From assembly GCA_016188475.1 (NCBI GenBank), contig JACPHT010000001.1, forward strand, positions 138-64,137: 64,000 bases of DNA. Reading direction: 5' to 3'. This DNA is from Candidatus Uhrbacteria bacterium. Lineage in GTDB: Bacteria > Patescibacteriota > Patescibacteriia > UBA9934 > GWF2-40-263. Below the pieces are notes generated by a model, which was not told the DNA's origin, made no database searches, and was given only the letters and a program-made list of their open reading frames with translations. Positions 57,692 through 64,000 of this stretch are shown here, piece by piece. Each line of letters opens with the position of its first letter. Position 1 is the first letter of the stretch. Made by a program: the position numbers and the translations under genes.

Positions 57692-59266
57692 ATGTTAACA
57701 ATTCAAACTATTCAAACTTTCGCATTTCTAGTTATTGGGTTTGCGATCGGAGGTGTTATCGGATATTTCTACAGAAAGTCAGTTGGCAAAAAAGCTGCTG
57801 ATCAATCCGAAGCAAAAGCTGAACGCATTCTTGCGGACGCAAAAGCCAAACAACAGGAAATTCTCCAGAGCGCTAAAGCGTCACAACAGGAGATGATGCT
57901 TGAAGCAAAAGAAAAATCGTTCGCATTGATTGAGGAAGCAAAGCGAGAAGAACAAACTCGACATCGCGATTTGCAAGATCAGCAACACAGACTTGAAAAA
58001 CGCGAAACAATGTTTGATCAAAAATTGATAGAATTTGAAGACAAGAAAACTAAACTTGAAGAAAGAACAAAAGAAGTTGAAAACATTCGCGACCAAATAA
58101 ATAAAATAAAAGAAGAACAGGTCGTCAAACTTCAAGAAGTGGCTGGTCTGTCGCGCGAACAAGCTCTTGAACAACTGCTTAAAGAGGTCCAAGAATCCGA
58201 ACAAGAAGCGCTTACGAATCGTTTGCGCAAAATGGAACAAATCACAGAAGAAGAACTTGATGAAAAATCACGCAAGGTTATTTCGCTTGCCATGACACGT
58301 TTTGCGTCTTCAGTTTCAACAGAAACAAACACAACTTCAGTTGAATTGCCAAACGATGAAATGAAAGGACGTATCATTGGCAAAGAAGGACGCAACATCA
58401 AAGCAATCGAAATGCTTACAGGAACAGAAATTATCGTGGATGAAACTCCTGAAGTTATTACAATCAGTGGCTTCTCCCCTATCCGAAGACAAGTTGCCAA
58501 ACGCGCGCTTGATGCTTTGATTAAGGACGGCCGTATTCATCCGGCGCGAATTGAAGAAGCAATTCAAGAAGCAAAAAAATCGCTTGCGCAAGATTTGAGA
58601 AAAGCCGGAGAGGAAGCGCTTTATCAACTTGGTCTTCCTGTTTCATCTATTGATCCAAAACTCACTTCAATTTTGGGCCGTATGAAATATCGAACAAGTT
58701 ACGGACAAAACGCTCTGCAACACTCAATTGAAGTCGGAATTATTTCCGGAATGATTGCGGAGGAACTCGGAGCTGATGTGTTTATTTGTAAAAAAGGCGG
58801 ACTGTTCCATGACATTGGAAAAGCGGTTGATCACGACATGCAAGGCGCACATCCTGAAATCGGATACAACATCATGAAAAAATTTGGATTCCCAGAAGAG
58901 ATCAGTTACCAGTCAATTGCGCATCATGAAGATCGTCCGCGAACGATAGAAGGCGCAATCGTTAAAGCGGCTGATGCGATTTCAGGAGCTCGCCCTGGCG
59001 CGCGAAAACAATCGCTTGAACAATTTATTCAGCGCATGGAAGAGTTGGAAAAAACAGCGAGTTCGTTCGACGGAGTTGAGAAGGTTTACGCGATTCAAGC
59101 AGGACGTGAAATTCGAGTGTTTATCCAACCACAAAAGATTGATGATCTTACAGCGTATAAATTGGCAAAAGATATTGCCAACAAAATTGAAGCAGAACTT
59201 TCATATCCTGGAGAGATTAAAATCACTGTGATTCGAGAAACGCGCGTAATTGAATACGCACGCTAA
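57692..59266 (+). CDS. rny: Ribonuclease Y
   Basis: N-terminal TM, coiled coil, KH (KGRIIGKEGRNI), HD (HDIGK), ADAISGARPGAR. Confidence 0.98.
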   Translation: MLTIQTIQTFAFLVIGFAIGGVIGYFYRKSVGKKAADQSEAKAERILADAKAKQQEILQSAKASQQEMMLEAKEKSFALIEEAKREEQTRHRDLQDQQHRLEKRETMFDQKLIEFEDKKTKLEERTKEVENIRDQINKIKEEQVVKLQEVAGLSREQALEQLLKEVQESEQEALTNRLRKMEQITEEELDEKSRKVISLAMTRFASSVSTETNTTSVELPNDEMKGRIIGKEGRNIKAIEMLTGTEIIVDETPEVITISGFSPIRRQVAKRALDALIKDGRIHPARIEEAIQEAKKSLAQDLRKAGEEALYQLGLPVSSIDPKLTSILGRMKYRTSYGQNALQHSIEVGIISGMIAEELGADVFICKKGGLFHDIGKAVDHDMQGAHPEIGYNIMKKFGFPEEISYQSIAHHEDRPRTIEGAIVKAADAISGARPGARKQSLEQFIQRMEELEKTASSFDGVEKVYAIQAGREIRVFIQPQKIDDLTAYKLAKDIANKIEAELSYPGEIKITVIRETRVIEYAR

Positions 59267-59304
59267 TTGCTTGACTAACAGATTTCTGCTATATTGACTT
59301 TGTT

Positions 59305-59595
59305 ATGAACAAAGCGGACTTGGCAAACATTCTTGCCGAACAACTGAAAGTCTCAAAAAAAATGGCTGAAGATTTTGTTGCTGGATTTGAAGAGATCGTC
59401 ACCCGCGCTCTTTCGCGCGGAGAAGAAGTTACAATCGCCGGATTTGGAACGTTTAGTGCGCGAGCTCGCAAAGGCCGCATAGGTGTAAACCCGCAAAAAC
59501 CGTCCGAGCCTATCACAATTCCAACTGTAACTGTTCCAAAGTTCAAAGCTGGAAAAGCGCTTAAAGATACACTCAAAGGAAAACGGAGCATTTAA
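59305..59595 (+). CDS. hup: DNA-binding protein HU
   Basis: MNKADL, GFGTF, GVNPQ, PKFKAGKALKD. Confidence 0.95.
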   Translation: MNKADLANILAEQLKVSKKMAEDFVAGFEEIVTRALSRGEEVTIAGFGTFSARARKGRIGVNPQKPSEPITIPTVTVPKFKAGKALKDTLKGKRSI

Positions 59596-60822
59596 GCTCC
59601 GTTTTTCGTTAATGCAATCACCTCTTCAACGAGATCTGTCAGTTTAACTAACTGCGCGGTTTCTTCGTGACGCTCTTTCCATTCAACTGAATCTTCAGCA
59701 AGGGATTTTTCCGAAACAACAAGCCGAAGTGGAATTCCGATCAAATCAGCATCCGCAAATTTCTCGCCAGCAGACGCGTCACGATCGTCCCACAAAACTT
59801 CAACTCCTTTAATTTCCAAATCCTGCATAAGCGATTCAGCTGTGTTTTCGATTTTTTCCTTTATAGACTGGTCTTTGTTTGAAAGCGAAACAATGTGAAC
59901 ATCAAACGGCGCAACACTCTTTGGCCAAATCATTCCGCGATCGTCATTGTGAATTTCAACGATTGATCCCATAACGCGCGACGGACCAATTCCATAACAA
60001 CCCATAAGTACATCGTGCATTTGTCTGTCAGGTCCTTGAACTTTGAAACCAAACGCATCAGTAAATCTAGTTTTGAGCGGAAAAATATTTCCGACTTCAA
60101 TTGATTTTGTTTCAACAACTTTTCCTGTTTTGCATGAAGGACACGCGTCGCCATCTTTCACTTCAGCGATTTCGCGATTCTGCGCGAATCCGCACTTGCA
60201 ATGAGTGGCTGAATTTTGAAAACACCCCACCGCTTGCTTCAACAATCAGAGCGTCAAGTCCACATCGTTTGAAAACATTTAAGTACGCTTGTTTGCTCTT
60301 CTCGTAAAAATCCAAAAAATCTTCTTCAGTCAAATGAAAGCTGTACAAATCTTTCATTGAAAATTCACGGCCACGCAAGAGGCCTGATTTCGCGCGCGGC
60401 TCGTTTCGAAACTTATCTTGAATTTGATAAACCGAAAGCGGTAAATCTTTGTACGAATGAACGTACTGTTGAACAAGCGGTGTTACAATTTCCTCGTGCG
60501 TTGAACCAAGAGCGTATTGTTTTTCACCGTGTCCTTCTAATTTGAACAACACATCAATTTTATCCCAGCGCTGTGTTTTGTCGTAAACATCTTTTGGATG
60601 AAGCGCTGGCATGTAAATTTCGCTTGCGCCAAGTTTGTTCATTTCATCGCGAACGATATTGTGAATTTTTTTGAGAACGCGAAGACCGAGCGGTAGATAA
60701 GTATAAACACCTGCCATGAGTTGATTGATAAATCCGGCTTGCGTGAGCAAACGCGCGTTTGTTGAATCCGCGTCGTGCGGAGCTGTTTTATTTGTTTTTC
60801 CGAAAAGTTGAGAGTAGCGCAT
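59592..60822 (-). pseudogene. proS: Proline--tRNA ligase interrupted by a deletion and frameshift near 60205 (real or assembly error)
   Basis: 5' ORF has THEE and KFRNEPRAKSGLLRGREF; 3' ORF has IEVGNIF, MGCYGIG, GEKFADADLIGIP. The conserved segment after FSH appears to be missing. Confidence 0.85.
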
Positions 60823-60860
60823 AAGTTGAATGACCTCATCATAATATGAAATTCATTCGT

Positions 60861-60938
60861 TGTCATCTCGAGCGAACGATAGTGAGTCGAGAGATCTCTC
60901 CACTCTCCGGCCTGAAGGCCGGATCGGTCGAGATGACA
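60861..60938. repeat. REP-like palindrome
   Basis: TGTCATCTCGA...TCGAGATGACA with internal hairpins. Confidence 0.75.
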
Positions 60939-61020
60939 GAATGCATACGCAGAAAATAAAACACCCGTTCCAAGAGAAGCTTGAAACGGGCAAGAGGTGT
61001 ACCACGGCTGAAGCCGTGGG

Positions 61021-62001
61021 CTATCGCGGCACAGTTGATGCGAGCGGGCCTTCGTGCGAGCGAAGAAACCAGCCGTTTGTAAAGTTGGCGAGCTCTTTCA
61101 TTTGCGAGTCCGAGATCGGAGAGAGTGAATGAGCGATGACAGGCGGAAGATGAAGCGTTCTCCAATTTTCCCAGTCATCTCCTGGTTCATCGGTCACGAG
61201 CACGATCGCGTCCGGATGGAACTTGGTGTTCGCGTGCTCGAGCGCGTGACGTGTGTTTTCGAATCCACCATGCGTCTGAAATTCCATTTCGGATGCGTCA
61301 AGTTCACGCAAACTTCCCTCTGCGAACATGACAACGCGAACGATTTCCTTGTCAGCGTTTTTGATCGCCTGAAGATACCAAGCCGAAACCCGCGCGCGAT
61401 CGTCCACCCCGTCGTCGCCTCCCATGCTTCCGGTTTCGTCGATTACTACGACGACTCTCTTTCCTCGAATGTCATCGACAGCGTTCTGAATCTCTTCCGG
61501 CGCTGTACGCGAAGGAATCTTCAACACGTCATCTGGCATGAGAGTGTTCGCGTACACGAGCGGCTGACCCTTTTCATCGAACACCATGAAGTTGCAGAAA
61601 TGCCCTCGCCGATCTCGACTATGAGTATACATATTCGACTTGTCAGCGCAGTACTTCAGCGCGTTCGCTTTTAGCGTTTCCTCGTTCGCGAGAACGATGG
61701 ACTCCCATGGGACGTTGTACTGCAAAGCGATCGATATGATGTACTCACCGGCCTTGACCGCGTGCTCAATCATCGCGGACTCTTTCGGTGTTTCATTGAC
61801 GTTCGCAATGACCGTCTGTTGCGAAGCCTTTGTGTTCGCGATCTTCTGCGGCTCTTGCTGTTGTGGATGATCCGGCCACTTCAGCTCCCAAATTATGAAC
61901 GAGACAAGCAAAATCGCGACTAAACAGATAGCACCGGTAATTTCGATTCCCTTTTGAACGCTCGTATCCAGACCATTCCACCACTGACGAAACCGTTGCA
62001 T
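61021..62001 (-). CDS. Membrane-anchored LysM-like + vWA domain protein
   Basis: N-terminal TM; HAVKAGEYIISIALQYNV..IVLAN (LysM-like); VVIDETGSM MIDAS; LVTD. Confidence 0.75.
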   Translation of the reverse strand: MQRFRQWWNGLDTSVQKGIEITGAICLVAILLVSFIIWELKWPDHPQQQEPQKIANTKASQQTVIANVNETPKESAMIEHAVKAGEYIISIALQYNVPWESIVLANEETLKANALKYCADKSNMYTHSRDRRGHFCNFMVFDEKGQPLVYANTLMPDDVLKIPSRTAPEEIQNAVDDIRGKRVVVVIDETGSMGGDDGVDDRARVSAWYLQAIKNADKEIVRVVMFAEGSLRELDASEMEFQTHGGFENTRHALEHANTKFHPDAIVLVTDEPGDDWENWRTLHLPPVIAHSLSPISDSQMKELANFTNGWFLRSHEGPLASTVPR

Positions 62002-62151
62002 GTCTCTCTCCCCTTATCTTTTGGCCCTTCCAAACGCCCGACATGAGCGCTTTTTTGGCCAAATGAAGACATCTAAATATAGCAAATTCCTCACAAAATG
62101 TCAATAATGCTTGACCGTCTCGATTTTTTCTATAAGCTGATGTGTACTTCT

Positions 62152-63783
62152 ATGATAAACATAATCAAAAAACGAAAAGTCTATATTCCAGCCATTATTC
62201 TGATAATCATCATTCTCGGTATTGTTATCCTCTCAAATCGAGGTGACAAACAGAAGTTCGATACAGCTGTTGCACAGCGCATTGATCTCACACAGGAAGT
62301 TAGCGTGACCGGCAGAGTAAAACCGGCGCAAAGTGTCGAACTCGCGTTTGAAAAAGGTGGAAAAATTTCAGCTGTGTATACTGACGTCGGTAAACAAGTT
62401 TTTGCTGGTCAGCTTCTTATTGTTCTTGGAAATTCAGAGCTGGCCGCTCAACTCTCGCAAGCGCAAGCTGGTGTTGAAAGCGCTCAAGCCCAACTCGCGC
62501 AATATCAAGCCGCTCTTGAAACTCAACAAGCAAAACTTGAGGAACTTAAACTTGGAACAAGACCGGAGGAAGTTCAAGTTCAAGAAACAAAAGTTACGAA
62601 CGCAAAAACCTCACTCGAGGATGCTAAAAAAAATCTCATTGTTCAAATTCAAGACGCGTATACAAAATCAGACGACGCAATCAGAAATAAAATTGATCAA
62701 TTTTTTCTAAATCCAAAAGGCGCAAATCCGCAACTGACTTTTTTTACTGACAGTCAACTTGAGTCAGATATTGAATCAAAACGACTTCTCATTGAATCAA
62801 CTTTGAAATCTTGGCAAACGTCGTTGGAGACCATTTCGACTTCAAGCGATCTTGAATCGCATCTTGATACTGCAAAAACAAATTTGATTCAAACAAAAAA
62901 CTTACTTGAAAAATCAGCCTTGGCAGTAAATGGACTTTTACCAAATTCTTCCATTTCACAAACAACGATCGACGCGTATAAAAGCGATGTATCAACAGGA
63001 AGAACAAACATAAATACCGCGACAGTCAATCTAACAACCGCAGAGGAGAAACTTAGAACAGCCGAGTCTATTCTTAAACTCGAACAAGATAATCTCGCGC
63101 TGACAAAAGCCGAAGCGACTGTTGAACAAATCACAGCACAAGAAGCTCAAGTTAAACAAGCCGAAGCAAACGTGTTGTCGCAACAAGCACAAATCAAGCA
63201 AGCAAAAGCAAATGTAAATAATTACTTTGCACAAATTTCAAAAACAGTTATTCGCGCTCCGATCAACGGAACCATAACAAAACAAGAAGCAAAAGTCGGT
63301 GAAATAGTTTCAGCAAATACTGTAATTGTTTCTCTCATGTCTGCTTCTCAATTTGAGATTGAAGCAAATGTTCCAGAGGCTGATATTGCGAAAGTAAATG
63401 TTGGCAATGACGCTAAAACCACTCTTGACGCGTACGGCAATGATGTTGTCTTTGGTGTAAAAGTTGTTGCGATTGACCCAGCAGAAACAATAATTGATGG
63501 AGTGGCGACGTATAAAGTTACGTTCCAATTTATAGAAACAGATGAACGGATTAAGTCCGGAATGACAGCGAACATTGATATCTCAACTGAAAAACGCGAG
63601 AACGTAATCGCGGTTCCACAAAGAGCAGTGGTTACAAAAAACGGAGAAAAATATGTTCGTGTGTTAACAGGTGAAGAAACGAAAGAAATTAAGGTCAAAA
63701 CTGGAATGCGTGATTCATATGGAAACATTGAAATACTTGAAGGTATAAATGACGGAGATACTGTCGTGATCACTTTCGAATAA
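62152..63783 (+). CDS. Efflux periplasmic adaptor subunit (MacA/HlyD-like)
   Basis: N-terminal TM, long coiled coil, [20 protein letters not shown]. Confidence 0.92.
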   Translation: MINIIKKRKVYIPAIILIIIILGIVILSNRGDKQKFDTAVAQRIDLTQEVSVTGRVKPAQSVELAFEKGGKISAVYTDVGKQVFAGQLLIVLGNSELAAQLSQAQAGVESAQAQLAQYQAALETQQAKLEELKLGTRPEEVQVQETKVTNAKTSLEDAKKNLIVQIQDAYTKSDDAIRNKIDQFFLNPKGANPQLTFFTDSQLESDIESKRLLIESTLKSWQTSLETISTSSDLESHLDTAKTNLIQTKNLLEKSALAVNGLLPNSSISQTTIDAYKSDVSTGRTNINTATVNLTTAEEKLRTAESILKLEQDNLALTKAEATVEQITAQEAQVKQAEANVLSQQAQIKQAKANVNNYFAQISKTVIRAPINGTITKQEAKVGEIVSANTVIVSLMSASQFEIEANVPEADIAKVNVGNDAKTTLDAYGNDVVFGVKVVAIDPAETIIDGVATYKVTFQFIETDERIKSGMTANIDISTEKRENVIAVPQRAVVTKNGEKYVRVLTGEETKEIKVKTGMRDSYGNIEILEGINDGDTVVITFE

Positions 63784-63785
63784 AT

Positions 63786-64000
63786 ATGGCAATAATTGAG
63801 GTTACAAATCTGAAAAAAACTTATGTGAATGATGGTGTGGAAACCCCTGCCCTGCGCGGGGTTTCTTTTTCTGTGAGAGCAGGAGAGTTTATCGCGATCA
63901 TGGGTCCATCCGGTTCTGGAAAATCAACTCTTCTTCACATTTTGGGATTTCTTGATCCGCATACTGGTGGAGAATATAAATTCGATGGAAAATCAGTAAC
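63786..64000 (+). CDS. ABC transporter ATP-binding protein (MacB/LolD-like), partial
   Basis: Manual translation [13 protein letters not shown]...ALRGVSF...[18 protein letters not shown]; runs off the window. Confidence 0.9.
   Translation, partial: MAIIEVTNLKKTYVNDGVETPALRGVSFSVRAGEFIAIMGPSGSGKSTLLHILGFLDPHTGGEYKFDGKSV

Noticed and set aside
14233-63773. Numerous antisense and alternate-frame ORFs over housekeeping genes
   Set aside because: They are shadows of well-supported genes on the other strand or frame.
1-64000. tRNA, rRNA, tmRNA and RNase P genes
   Set aside because: No cloverleaf with a T-arm consensus or other hallmark motifs noticed by eye; a covariance search could still find divergent ones.

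Overview
Bacterial chromosome segment (standard code) with hallmarks of a Patescibacteria/CPR (Parcubacteria-like) genome: compact housekeeping operons, no rpmD (L30) between rpsE and rplO, and split comEC. The taxonomic call is an inference. 1-20.6 kb holds the str, S10 and spc ribosomal-protein clusters plus secY, adk, map, ruvX and recO. 20.7-40.4 kb is mixed housekeeping (murA, murI, ndk, comEC, ugd, leuS, gdhA) and orphan genes. 40.8-53.2 kb is the main find, an integron-like platform. Its 276-aa tyrosine recombinase lacks the IntI-specific insertion and lies divergent from an attI-like point. The array holds 12 well-delimited gene cassettes plus 2 decayed ones, separated by attC-like hairpins of 59-200 bp. 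Each cassette body is enclosed in its own 20-70 bp terminal inverted repeats. One near-identical 165-bp ORF-less mini-cassette recurs 7 times and carries a perfect 22-nt antisense copy of its own predicted circle junction. 53.2-64 kb holds trxB, trxA, infB, truB, rny, HU, a broken proS, a LysM-vWA protein and a MacAB-like efflux pair. Other signals: nested palindromic repeats read in frame inside leuS, trxB and truB; a twice-inserted ~121-bp element in the r-protein operon; a two-copy covarying hairpin motif; a leader-peptide attenuator; and a possible 6S RNA. All calls come from reading motifs by eye; no searches were run.
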